A stretch of DNA of 64,000 nucleotides from Candidatus Bathyarchaeota archaeon (GTDB taxonomy: Archaea; Thermoproteota; Bathyarchaeia; Bathyarchaeales; Bathycorpusculaceae), in contig CAWHDT010000009.1 of the NCBI GenBank assembly GCA_963828195.1, forward strand, positions 117,819-181,818, read 5' to 3'. A model generated the notes under the pieces. The model saw only the letters and a list, made by a program, of their open reading frames with translations. It made no database searches and was not told where the DNA came from. This document shows positions 52,164-62,083 of this stretch, one piece after another. The position numbers and the translations under genes are program-made. Position 1 is the stretch's first letter. The number at the start of each line of letters is the position of its first letter.

Positions 52164-52703
52164 TTATGTGTAAACGTATTCTGTTACATTCCACTCTTTT
52201 GAGTACACAAGCTGGACATCTATGCCGTTATATCCGTAGACATCAACCCTAACGTCTATTGTTGTTCCATTAAAGACGTAAGGAAGAATTTGAGCATATG
52301 AGTCTGGGTTGTAAGAATAACCTGTTTTTGACCAGGTTGTAAAAGGATAAGGTATTGTGCCTCTGCCAGCAGTGCAATTTGTTATAGTCCAGTTTTCTTC
52401 GCTTTTAAGGCTTGGTAACGGTGCTATAAACCTCATAGAAACCTTATACGATGGGATGTCTCCGCCATTGTATAGTCCTTGAGGAATAATTATTGTGTAG
52501 TTTGTCACCAGAGGAATATTCGAAGGATTATTGGGGTATTCAGGCGGAAAAAAACTAACAGGACTGGGTGTAGTTTGCGGAACAGAATTTTCTGTTGTAT
52601 TCTTAAGGTCTGCATATGTGATATATCCCATAAATATTATGAAAACACCTAACAAGCTTAACAACATGATTTTCTTTTTCGATAGAGCGTGCCCGTCAGG
52701 CAT
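52164..52703 (-). CDS. Membrane-anchored cargo protein (moron) inside the head operon
   Basis: Opposite strand, AT-rich, with an N-terminal TM helix and N-glycosylation sequons. Confidence 0.7.
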   Translation of the reverse strand: MPDGHALSKKKIMLLSLLGVFIIFMGYITYADLKNTTENSVPQTTPSPVSFFPPEYPNNPSNIPLVTNYTIIIPQGLYNGGDIPSYKVSMRFIAPLPSLKSEENWTITNCTAGRGTIPYPFTTWSKTGYSYNPDSYAQILPYVFNGTTIDVRVDVYGYNGIDVQLVYSKEWNVTEYVYT

Positions 52704-52842
52704 TGCTTTCTCTTCTTCCCTTTGTCCTATATTGGTAATTGAGATATTAAACGATAAAAGGTTATTCGTAAAATTTCTTGACTAAGCCTTGACCGAGTTA
52801 GTCAAACTTTCTTAACTTACTGTTAGCAAATGGAGCACTTTC

Positions 52843-53925
52843 ATGAGCCAAGCAAAACCAAATATTCAGCTAGACTACACGGTGCCCGTCACGCTAAAAC
52901 GCAGCGTTGATGGGAAAGTCCTGCTCATTCAAGGAACAGCAATTGATGATACGGTTAACGAGAATAGCTGGCAAGTTCCCGCTGAAGAACTGCCCTATTT
53001 TGTGGCCAGTGGTCAAAATGCGCAGATCCGAGTGGATCATGGCGACCGCGTCGAAGACATCAAAGGCGTCATCAATATTTTGCATTTACCCCAGACATCA
53101 GCTGATGGCAGAATCGTTGTTCCTTTCGAGGGGGAAGTAAGCGGCGATGAAGAACTGCTCGCAAAAATCGAGCGAGAATACGTCAACAGCGTTAGCCCAC
53201 GCATTCTGGGTGAAGCTTACTGCAGTTTATGTGGATCCCGCTCCAGAGACGACCAAATGAATCTGGTCCATATATGCCGTGGCGCTTGGGAAATAATGCG
53301 CAGACCACGCCTTGTCGAGTTAAGCATTGTTTCTATAGGCGCTTATGAACATGCCAAGTTTAAGCCCGTTGGCTTCGCCGCAGCCATGAAAGTAGACCAA
53401 CAGCAAGCCATCAGAAAAGCACTATCGGCAAAGGAGAAAGTTCCATGTGGGCTATGTGCAAGCGCTTTGACCCTGAGTTGTTTAAGTTGTAATTCACAGG
53501 TACACTCCCAAAAGGGAGCTAACCAAAAAAACGAAAATAAAAATTTGGAGGAGAGAAAATTGTCAACAAATCAACCCTTAGATGCAGAAGCCATAAAGGC
53601 CATGATCGAAAAGCACGCAAACAACTTAACAGAAGTATGCAACAAAGCCTCAGCCGAAGCCGTAACCAAAGCTGTCGAAGCCGCAAGAGAAGCAGTCAAA
53701 TTGGAAACCGCCGCGATCGCTGCTAAAGTTGACGAATCCATAAAACAGGCACTAAAGCAACGTACGCCCGGGAAAGGAGTCGCAGGAGTCCTAAACGAAC
53801 ACCTAGAACCACAGAAGACTCAGCCAGGAATGGTGGCAGTTCCGCCTTACTTCAAAGAGCTTGCAGCAGCCGCACAGAAAAAACGAACTTTTGACGCCCA
53901 AGTAACACAAGGAGGCATGCAGTAA
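52843..53925 (+). CDS. HK97-type prohead protease fused to scaffolding domain
   Basis: IQGTA, VDH, SVS and LVELSIVSIGAY, followed by an Ala/Lys/Glu-rich helical C-terminus. Confidence 0.82.
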   Translation: MSQAKPNIQLDYTVPVTLKRSVDGKVLLIQGTAIDDTVNENSWQVPAEELPYFVASGQNAQIRVDHGDRVEDIKGVINILHLPQTSADGRIVVPFEGEVSGDEELLAKIEREYVNSVSPRILGEAYCSLCGSRSRDDQMNLVHICRGAWEIMRRPRLVELSIVSIGAYEHAKFKPVGFAAAMKVDQQQAIRKALSAKEKVPCGLCASALTLSCLSCNSQVHSQKGANQKNENKNLEERKLSTNQPLDAEAIKAMIEKHANNLTEVCNKASAEAVTKAVEAAREAVKLETAAIAAKVDESIKQALKQRTPGKGVAGVLNEHLEPQKTQPGMVAVPPYFKELAAAAQKKRTFDAQVTQGGMQ

Positions 53926-53926
53926 A

Positions 53927-54295
53927 ATGTCCTATGAAAACTCAGGTCCTCTTGTACAGCAACCATCCTCAACTGACCTCTCATTTATCGCGGGCACAGG
54001 CGGCGTCACAGCAGGACAGTTCGTCTACATTAGCGGACCAGGCACGGTTTCCCCAACCACAGGAGCACAAGAGTGGGTAGGCATCGTTAAAGTTGGCGCA
54101 GTGGCAGGCAAAATCTGCACGGTAATGACTGGTAAAGTGAAAGCCAGAATCACAGCCAGCGGCACAATCAACCCAGGAGACCTAGTAGTTTCAGCTGCAG
54201 GCGGAGTCGGAGTTACCAACAACACCCCAACAACCAAACACTGTCTATGCGATACAGGCGCATCTAACGGCGGACAAGCAATAGTAATCCCCTAA
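53927..54295 (+). CDS. Capsid decoration/cement protein
   Basis: Small Gly/Thr-rich beta protein located between the scaffold and capsid genes. Confidence 0.65.
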   Translation: MSYENSGPLVQQPSSTDLSFIAGTGGVTAGQFVYISGPGTVSPTTGAQEWVGIVKVGAVAGKICTVMTGKVKARITASGTINPGDLVVSAAGGVGVTNNTPTTKHCLCDTGASNGGQAIVIP

Positions 54296-54364
54296 CTCCA
54301 ATCTTTCAAGTTTGGACTCGTCAAGTCGAGAAATTCAAGTAAAAAGTAAAGGAGAAAACGAAAA

Positions 54365-55264
54365 ATGAGTTTTGCACCTGATCAAGTAACAATGGATGAT
54401 AGCCCAGCTATTCAATATCCAGAGCTACACCAAAAAATCCTGCAGATGGCAACCAACGCCATGATATTTGCCAAGCTCTTTGTTCCTGACCCAATCATAA
54501 AAGGACGCACTCGAACTTACGTCAAAGAAGCAGGCAACGTCGCAATCGGCATTCAAAGAAAAGGAATCGCAGCACCCGCAGTACTAGATTTCACTCCACT
54601 AACGAGCGTTAGCATAACACCTGATACTTACGGCGAAGAAGTCGAAATCCCAATAGAAATGATAACCGACTTTGAACTCGGAGTGGTCGACACTCAAATG
54701 ATGCGTCTGGCCTTCCGCACGATGTACCAAATAGAGCTCGACAGCTGGACCGCCATAGACGGAGCAGGCGCGACTAACGGCAACTCTTTTGCAGGCACAG
54801 GAAACACAATCAGCGTCACAGGCTCAACGATAACTGTCAGCGGCGGCGTAGGCCTTGAAGACCTCAACAAAATGAACCGGCTCATAAAACAACACAACTT
54901 CATAATGAAATACATCGCAGTCAACCCTATCCAGGAAGAATCCCTACGCAACTTGCCCTACCCTAACTTGTTCCGTGAAGTCACCAACCCATTAACCAAT
55001 GAAGTTGAACAAAAACTCGGCATATGGACACTTTTAGTCAGCAATCTTGTTCCAGCAGGCACAGTTTATGGCATCAGCGATGGCCAGAACCCAAACAACA
55101 ACTACGCACCCATGGGTTTCATGGTAACCAAACAAGAAATCACAACCGACATAGACATCCAAAAGCGTTTACGCAAAATCATCCCCTTCACAAGCTACCG
55201 CAAGACACCTTACGTGGCAAACGGCTTCTGCATATGCAAAACAACGGGCTACTCAACCAGTTAA
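54365..55264 (+). CDS. Major capsid protein (HK97 fold)
   Basis: 299 aa with a strong AAGGAG SD. TYGEEVEIPIEMITD, IAVNP and LVSNLVPAGT. Position in the head module. Confidence 0.85.
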   Translation: MSFAPDQVTMDDSPAIQYPELHQKILQMATNAMIFAKLFVPDPIIKGRTRTYVKEAGNVAIGIQRKGIAAPAVLDFTPLTSVSITPDTYGEEVEIPIEMITDFELGVVDTQMMRLAFRTMYQIELDSWTAIDGAGATNGNSFAGTGNTISVTGSTITVSGGVGLEDLNKMNRLIKQHNFIMKYIAVNPIQEESLRNLPYPNLFREVTNPLTNEVEQKLGIWTLLVSNLVPAGTVYGISDGQNPNNNYAPMGFMVTKQEITTDIDIQKRLRKIIPFTSYRKTPYVANGFCICKTTGYSTS

Positions 55265-55341
55265 GCAATCATTTGCTCCAGTCTTTTGAGTCTGGAACCG
55301 TAAAGCCGGCTTCAAATTAACCAATTTTACGGAGACTTCTC

Positions 55342-55938
55342 ATGTCAACCTATCCAGCCTTTACCTCGCTAGAGGAGGTTATTGGCTTTCTAAATGCTAC
55401 CGGACCTGATAGCAACAGCAATTATACTGTTTACGGACTTTCTGTTTCAGGCAACAGCGTTCAAGCATACGTTGACCACGCGAACACTTACATAGGCAGC
55501 TTCGTGCCCAGTGTAACACCGATGGATCCGCGCTACCCCTTTGCGCAGCTTGCCGCACTTGACCTTGCATGCATGGCCGTTTTAGTTGCGGCAAGCGGAG
55601 GCATGCTTTTGGGCGCGGCAGATTACAAGCTTGGCGACCTATTCGTAACCAAAGGCACCGTTGGAAAATTCTCATTTCAAAACGCAGTACAAAGCTTCCA
55701 AGAAAGCTTTACCCGAAATATCGCGAATCTTTCAACTGGAGCAGTAAGCGCTCAAGCACGCCTGGGAAATGAAGTTCCTCAATGTACTTTGGAAGCCTTG
55801 AAGACAGAAGTTACCAGCATCATCCACTTGCAAGACCCAAACTATGTGGTAACAGGCGAGCCGATTCATAGTAACGCAACCGAAGTAACCCGCGTCATGA
55901 TCAACGTTGACGCTGTGTACTTTAGCATTTCAAGTTAA
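55342..55938 (+). CDS. Head-tail adaptor-like protein (possibly fused by deletion)
   Basis: Follows the capsid gene. Helical N-terminal part with DYKLGDL, and a dissimilar C-terminal 50 aa. Confidence 0.55.
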   Translation: MSTYPAFTSLEEVIGFLNATGPDSNSNYTVYGLSVSGNSVQAYVDHANTYIGSFVPSVTPMDPRYPFAQLAALDLACMAVLVAASGGMLLGAADYKLGDLFVTKGTVGKFSFQNAVQSFQESFTRNIANLSTGAVSAQARLGNEVPQCTLEALKTEVTSIIHLQDPNYVVTGEPIHSNATEVTRVMINVDAVYFSISS

Positions 55939-55954
55939 TAGGCAGGTGAAGTGA

Positions 55955-56074
55955 ATGGCAGAACAAAAAAGGGCGGCAAACCAGAAATTTAAGACCAAAT
56001 TTAGCTCTTGGATTGTGACTTACAAAAACGGTTCCCAGGTTCTAGTAGAGCATAGAGTAACGAAAATAGCTTAG
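55955..56074 (+). CDS. Small 39-aa viral protein
   Basis: AGGTGA SD. Encodes MAEQKRAANQKFKTKFSSWIVTYKNGSQVLVEHRVTKIA. Confidence 0.5.
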   Translation: MAEQKRAANQKFKTKFSSWIVTYKNGSQVLVEHRVTKIA

Positions 56075-56197
56075 CGCTACGGAAGCATCGCTCGAAGCCG
56101 TTAGTCCAGAAAAATGGACTTACCTTCAATTAACTTTTCCACGTGTCTACAAACGAGGCATTAAATAGTTTAGTGGATATGACATGGATAAGACAGC

Positions 56198-57094
56198 TTG
56201 AGGTGGAAAAAAGTGGAAGACGAGAGGCAAATTGAGAGTGATAGGCAACGTGCAGAAGTCTTTGATGCATTGGCCCATCCAACACGCATTGTCATTCTGA
56301 AGGCTCTGAGCGAAGGAGCTCTCGGCTTCGCCGATCTAAAGAAAAAGACCGCCATTGAAAGTAGCGGACACTTGCAACACCACTTAACCAAACTAAACAG
56401 CTTAATAAAAACTGATGAATATGGCAAATACTGCCTTTCAGACCACGGAAAAGATGCTCTTCTGACCGTACAAACGGTGGAAAATGCATCGGCAAAAAGC
56501 AATGAAAAAGAGAAAGCACACAATACACATAGGCAACACTTTAGTGGCAGAGTAGGTTTAAAACCTGTTGTATTTCTGCTTATGGCCCTTCTGATTGCGA
56601 GTTCAGCAATCGCATTATATGAGTACAATCAAACAACAATGACCCCCCAGAACGAAAATGCCTTCATGAAGGCAAATCCAGAAGCCGCCGCTTACTATAT
56701 TGAATTTGGAAACGTAACTCCTATTACGAATGTTAATTCTTCGTTTGCACCGCCAGTTTCAATGTACCAAGCACTCCTAATAGGCTTAAACGCTAACGGT
56801 TGGAACAAGACTTCGCTGCAAGGCATGGTAGTACATATCAGTCTTATGCCATGGCAAACTGTGACCAATTACACCGCTTATGACAGCCAACTAAAATTGC
56901 CACTGAACATGAACATGCCAACCATGACCAGCCCGCCTGCAAACTACTCAGATACTTACGGCAACGGGGTAACTTACGAATTCGCATGGCAAATAGACAT
57001 TGCACAAGCAGGTACACTCAGTTATCCGCCGCCAGGTTTCATCTTGGTTGACGCTTTCAACGGGCAGTTGCTTCCAAATCCTATCGGAACATAG
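56198..57094 (+). CDS. ArsR-type wHTH fused to TM helix and extracellular domain (cargo)
   Basis: EVFDALAHPTRIVILKAL...HLQHHLTKL...YCLSDHGK, a TM helix, and a C-terminal ILVDAFNGQLL (PepSY-like). Confidence 0.82.
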   Translation: MRWKKVEDERQIESDRQRAEVFDALAHPTRIVILKALSEGALGFADLKKKTAIESSGHLQHHLTKLNSLIKTDEYGKYCLSDHGKDALLTVQTVENASAKSNEKEKAHNTHRQHFSGRVGLKPVVFLLMALLIASSAIALYEYNQTTMTPQNENAFMKANPEAAAYYIEFGNVTPITNVNSSFAPPVSMYQALLIGLNANGWNKTSLQGMVVHISLMPWQTVTNYTAYDSQLKLPLNMNMPTMTSPPANYSDTYGNGVTYEFAWQIDIAQAGTLSYPPPGFILVDAFNGQLLPNPIGT

Positions 57095-57289
57095 TTTTCC
57101 ACTCAATTTTACTTCCTCGGGAAGGATAAAATCCTATTTTCTATTGGGTTTGTCTGTTTCACCGAATATCAAATTGATAGAACTTGTTATGAACAAGCAG
57201 AGATACGTTATAAAATATAAAGTTTAAAGAAAAAGACTTAATAAAGCCGATTCAAGTTAGCGGTAAATAAGAATACGGAGGCAAAAGAA

Positions 57290-58673
57290 ACGAAAAAAAT
57301 CTTTGGAATATTGATTGTCACTGTCATGCTTGTAAGCCTGATTTTAATTCCTGGCTTTCAAGTGAAGGCAGAAACCACTACTATAACAAGTGGTGATAAT
57401 GTAAATACTATACCTGGATACACTGCACTGACACAAAGCGAAATTACGAGCGCTTGGCCAAACCTTCCAACCGCACAACAACTATACTACTCAGGTGGTG
57501 CTTATACAATCGACACAAGTACACTTGGTCAAGTAGAATCCGCGAATTTACCAAACACCAGCTTATCAACAGCCGTCAATCTATCCTATATGATAAGCAA
57601 TTGCACTTCAACTGGCATAACATCTTATGGGGTAATTCAAAACGATCCACATATTTGGTTGCAATACAATAGCACCATATGGGTAGAAGTGCCCCTTAGC
57701 TATCTGAATACTACCGTTCAACCATATGCAACAGCAATTCAACAAGCGTATGCAATAGGTTCTGAAGGACCTTACCCTTTTAACGCAACAGCTTCACAAA
57801 ACTCTTCGGCTTCACAAAATACTGTCATTACAGTTAATGCTCCGACATGGGCAATAGGCGAATACGATGACCCTTCAACAATTAGTGGCTCCAGTACAAA
57901 CGTAATGGGAGCCGTTTCATATGGGTATTGGTCGTGCTATCCACCAAACACGCTTTCATACAACTCAGCCCAACCTAATTTCATTATGACAGATATACTG
58001 AGCGCAACAACTGTCGGGGGCATAGGGCTTCAAGTCTTCATGGATATAGCGAATTTTGGTTCAGGTACACAGTGGTACGTATCAGTAAACGTTTGGCAAA
58101 ACGGCGTTTGTTCGCCTGGAATTGAGCTTCAACCCTTGGTCTACTGCGCCTTCAGCTAACACAGCATACAACGAATTCATTGAATACAACTCAAGCCGTT
58201 ATTACACTATGTTCTGGAACTTCGTCAACCTTGGATGGGTTGGACCTATAAGCGGCACATCTTCACAATATTTGCTAACTGGAAACGAACCACACGTAGC
58301 AATTGAATCAGACGACACCGCCTTAGCCGATTTCAATAACCATCAGGACTATTATACAGCTATCGGTGGCGGTCAACAAACGATTGACGGGAATACTGTG
58401 TACGAACCAGCTATAGGCTATCTATATAATGGTAACTGGTATCCAACATTACCAGGACAAACTGCACCTGCCGCATATGTATTTGTCAGCCCAAACGTAG
58501 TGGGACCCAATGACGCAAAAGTTGGCACGGAAGCACTGCCTAGTTGGGGTTCTAGCACGCCTAATGCCGTGGGTTACAGTACTTTTCCCATCGATACATT
58601 TGGCGTCGGTATAGGACAATCTGGTTCAAACTCTGAAAGCAACTTGCTTTGGTCAAAAACCACAGTTCCTTAA
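57290..58673 (+). CDS. Secreted Ser/Thr/Asn-rich protein (cargo), frameshift near 58135
   Basis: Signal peptide. ORFs 57311..58159 and 58122..58673 join if one C is removed from CAACCCTTGG. Confidence 0.7.
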
Positions 58674-59060
58674 GTGAACTGGAACAAACTCCATAACCAC
58701 ATTTTTTTTATTTTGTCAAATAATTTTTTGTAGCCAACTGCCCTATTCCTTGCATTTAGCGGAGCCTTGTTTGTTTGGTTCATGTTTGCGGTGTGACAGT
58801 GTATCCTCTTAAAGCGTGGAAGATTGTCTTTTCCATTAAGAAATACACGTTTAGCAGTTGGCCAAGACATTAGCAATATGCTCTAAATAATATTGTAGTC
58901 AATTTAGTAACTTTTCTGCCATAACATGTATGTGTAACATGATTGCTGAAAATTGTCGAACTCTCAGCTATACTATCAAACGATAGCAAAAATTATAGCC
59001 TTTTAATAGCATTAGATTACACCTTAAGTAGCAAATTGACAGTTTCACGGGAGGTTCGAA

Positions 59061-59122
59061 CAAGAGTTAAACCTATCCCGGACTACCATTCTCTAGAGTG
59101 TAATTTAATTTTGTAAAATGGC
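59061..59122 (+). repeat. Degenerate direct repeat of the tRNA-Gln 3' end and flank (att-like)
   Basis: Aligns to 41606-41669 and includes an exact 16-mer TCTAGAGTGTAATTTA (41638-41653 and 59092-59107). Confidence 0.8.
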
Positions 59123-59198
59123 TTTAAGGTTCTTGTAGAGTAAGGGTAACGAAAAATGCTTAGAATAGATGCAGCGACCTAAACCAAGGTGAAGCCAT

Positions 59199-59561
59199 AT
59201 GAGTATTTCTGTTCGGGTTAATTTATCGAATTTTGATGCAAAAAGGAATTGCTTGAGCTGTCTTTGTGAGCAATACCCGGAGGCCGTGAGGCAGGCAATG
59301 ATGAATGTTGCTCAAGATATTTTGGCTACTGCAAATACGTTAGTTCCCGTAAGAACAGGCTATTTGAAAAGTACCTTGGCCATTGAGCAACCCAGCAATT
59401 TCCAACTTAAAGTGAAAGCGACAGCGCCATATGCGTATTACGTGGAGTTTGGCACCCGGAAGATGTCAGCGAGGCTTTTCCTTACTAACTCGGTTAATCA
59501 GCATTTGCCTGAATTCGCGCCGGAGATTGAGCAGCAAATCCAAGATCTACTGCAAGGTTAA
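59199..59561 (+). CDS. HK97 gp10-like tail completion protein
   Basis: VPVRTGYLKST, APYAYYVEFGTRKMSARLFL. Confidence 0.88.
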   Translation: MSISVRVNLSNFDAKRNCLSCLCEQYPEAVRQAMMNVAQDILATANTLVPVRTGYLKSTLAIEQPSNFQLKVKATAPYAYYVEFGTRKMSARLFLTNSVNQHLPEFAPEIEQQIQDLLQG

Positions 59562-59599
59562 CGTTTTTAAAGTAACCATTGTAATCGAGGTGAAAAATT

Positions 59600-60007
59600 A
59601 TGAGTACATCCACACCAGTCCTAAGTAGGCTAGCAGTCGTTCAAGTAGGCGGGACTGCAATCGGTTTCCTAACTGATTTTACAACTGACATTAAGGCAGA
59701 AGTGATCAAAGAATACGTTTGTCAAACAGCGCCAACACCCGCTTTTTTGGCCAGCGGCAACCAATCCAACACGTTCAAGGCGTCAGCGCTTTTTGTTCCC
59801 TCACTTTATGCAGCATTGCTAAATGACGTTCTAAATGGCACGGTCGTAACAGTTATTTGGGGGCCACAAGGAACAACCACAGGAAACCCGAAAATCACCT
59901 ACAACAACGTTATCTTAACTGCGTACAGCGTAAAGAACGGGCAAAAAGGCACCGTTGCAAACGACATAAGCGGTGAAGCCCAAACGATCACACCAGGTTC
60001 ATTCTAA
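59600..60007 (+). CDS. Major tail tube protein
   Basis: Beta-rich 135-aa protein between the gp10-like gene and the chaperone/tape measure genes. Confidence 0.72.
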   Translation: MSTSTPVLSRLAVVQVGGTAIGFLTDFTTDIKAEVIKEYVCQTAPTPAFLASGNQSNTFKASALFVPSLYAALLNDVLNGTVVTVIWGPQGTTTGNPKITYNNVILTAYSVKNGQKGTVANDISGEAQTITPGSF

Positions 60008-60069
60008 GTTTTTTAATTTTTGGATTTTCTGCAACCGACAATTTGATTATAAAATAATGAGGTGATTCG

Positions 60070-60605
60070 ATGAGTGAAGAAAAATTCGATGTTGAAGGTT
60101 TCGAGAAACTTAAAGCCGCATTTGATGAGTACGAGACAGAGCAAAAGGAGCGTTTCAAAAACTTCAGCGTGGGCTTGCTTAAGAGTAGTAAGGTTCCGCA
60201 GGAGGCTAATGTGCTTGGCGCCGGCTGGGTCAAATTCGTGTTACTCACCCATAACGAGCTGAGCGATTTAGCTAAATTCTACAAGGAAGATCAACGCGAA
60301 TTCGAGTTGCAGGCTCTTCTAAAGATGATGAAGCCCTGCTACCCGGACTTGACAGAGAAGGATTTGCGTGATGCTCCATGGGATTTGGTGCGGGCTCTGG
60401 AGAAGGCTTTGCTTAATGAGGGTTTTTTACCGCGAACGGTGAGGCGGTCAATGACTGGATCTGCTGGAGCAGCGAAGCCCAGCGGATCGCAGCCGTCGTC
60501 AACCTCTACCACTACACCCTAGAATACGCGGCGAGCTTAACCAATTTTCAACTGGAATTCTTAATCCAATCAGCAGTTTGGTACCATAAATTGTCAGAAG
60601 GCTAA
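60070..60605 (+). CDS. Tail assembly chaperone with -1 frameshift extension (gpG/gpGT-like)
   Basis: The zero frame ends at 60522. In-frame T-TTT-TTA at 60423-60429 leads to a -1 frame open to TAA at 60605, just before the tape measure gene. Confidence 0.78.
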
Positions 60606-60610
60606 ACGAA

Positions 60611-62083
60611 GTGAGTGGAGCTCCTGCAGAAATAGACATAGTTGCGGTTGATGATGCTTCGGATGTTTTCCAAGAAGTCAGCAGCAACTTTTCCGATATG
60701 AGCAGCGATGTCAGCGAAGCTTCCGACTCAATGAGCACCAATGTGTCAGATAGTATGCAGAATACGGCGAGCAGCGTAACCAGTATGACGACTACTGTTC
60801 AGGCTGATACTGTTCAGATGCAGGATTCTTTCAATCAAGCAGCTGATTCGGCGCAGGTAAGCATGAATCAAGTTACGGTCAGTACCCAACAGGCAGGGGA
60901 GGCCACTGAGGTTTCCAGCAGCAGCTTTAGCAAAAACGCCATGCAGATGAACATGATGGCGATGAGCGGCGCCGTGCTCTATATGAGCGTAAACAACATT
61001 GAAAATGCACAGACTTCACTTGCCAAGGCGAATTTAACTGAGGAAAAAGCTGCAAACTCCGTTACTTTAGCCCAGCAAGCATACAACAAAGCCGTTGCAG
61101 AATACGGTCCCACAAGCTTGCAAGCACAAGATGCACAAAATAAACTGGCTTTAGCAGAACAAACCCAATCGGTAGACCAGGAACGGGTTTCAGAAGCTCA
61201 GCGAAACTACAACAGCACCTTGATAATGTCTGCGTTAACTGTTATTCCCAGTGTCGTCGGCATTATGACGACATTGAACAGCCTACGGGAAGCCGGGACG
61301 TTAGGCACGATTGCTAGTACCGCAGCGACTGATGCGCAGTCAGCTGCACAGTGGATCCAGGTTGGAGCCACAGAGGCAGCGACGGGCGCCATGGGCTTGT
61401 TCGACGCCGTTTGCGATGCTAACCCAATTATGCTTGTCGTGCTGGTAGTTACAGCGTTAGCAGCCATATTTTATGAAGCGTATGAACACTGCAAACCCTT
61501 CCGCGACGTAATGAATGACCTGGGACATGTGATTGGCGGAGCGCTGCTTTCTGCCTTTGACGATTTGAAAAGCGCAGGAGACGCCCTATGGAATGGGCTT
61601 AACTGGGCTTACACAAATATTCTTTTGCCCGTCGCTAACTTTTTCAAAGAAATTCTTGTTGCAGACTTACAAGTTGCGTTGATTCCGGTGAAGGCTTTTG
61701 AGACGGCGATTAATGCTGTTGCGAACGCGGTGAAGCCACTTAGTAGCGTGATTGGTGATTTGGGTTCAGCGCTTAGTCACTTGTGTTTTGCGCATGCGGC
61801 ACCGGCTGCAGAGGAATTCAACAAACAGGTTACGCAGAGCATCGCACTTAGCGATCAACTTGCACATAAAACTAACACGTTAGGCAGTAGCTTGCAGGGT
61901 CTAGCTGGCAACGTTAACGTTAAGGGCGGTTCTGGAACAAGTAACGTGAATATTTCTTCACCCAACATCACAATTAACGGCGGCATTACAGGTTCAGCTT
62001 CGCTCAAGCAAACACGAGACGCCGTAAGCAAAGGCATCTGCGATGCCATGTACAAGAAAGGACTAATGAACAAGGTGCTGTAA
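60611..62083 (+). CDS. Tape measure protein
   Basis: IDIVAVDDAS start, Ala/Gln-rich helices, ANPIMLVV...Y.HCKPFRD and periodic aromatic residues. Confidence 0.85.
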   Translation: MSGAPAEIDIVAVDDASDVFQEVSSNFSDMSSDVSEASDSMSTNVSDSMQNTASSVTSMTTTVQADTVQMQDSFNQAADSAQVSMNQVTVSTQQAGEATEVSSSSFSKNAMQMNMMAMSGAVLYMSVNNIENAQTSLAKANLTEEKAANSVTLAQQAYNKAVAEYGPTSLQAQDAQNKLALAEQTQSVDQERVSEAQRNYNSTLIMSALTVIPSVVGIMTTLNSLREAGTLGTIASTAATDAQSAAQWIQVGATEAATGAMGLFDAVCDANPIMLVVLVVTALAAIFYEAYEHCKPFRDVMNDLGHVIGGALLSAFDDLKSAGDALWNGLNWAYTNILLPVANFFKEILVADLQVALIPVKAFETAINAVANAVKPLSSVIGDLGSALSHLCFAHAAPAAEEFNKQVTQSIALSDQLAHKTNTLGSSLQGLAGNVNVKGGSGTSNVNISSPNITINGGITGSASLKQTRDAVSKGICDAMYKKGLMNKVL

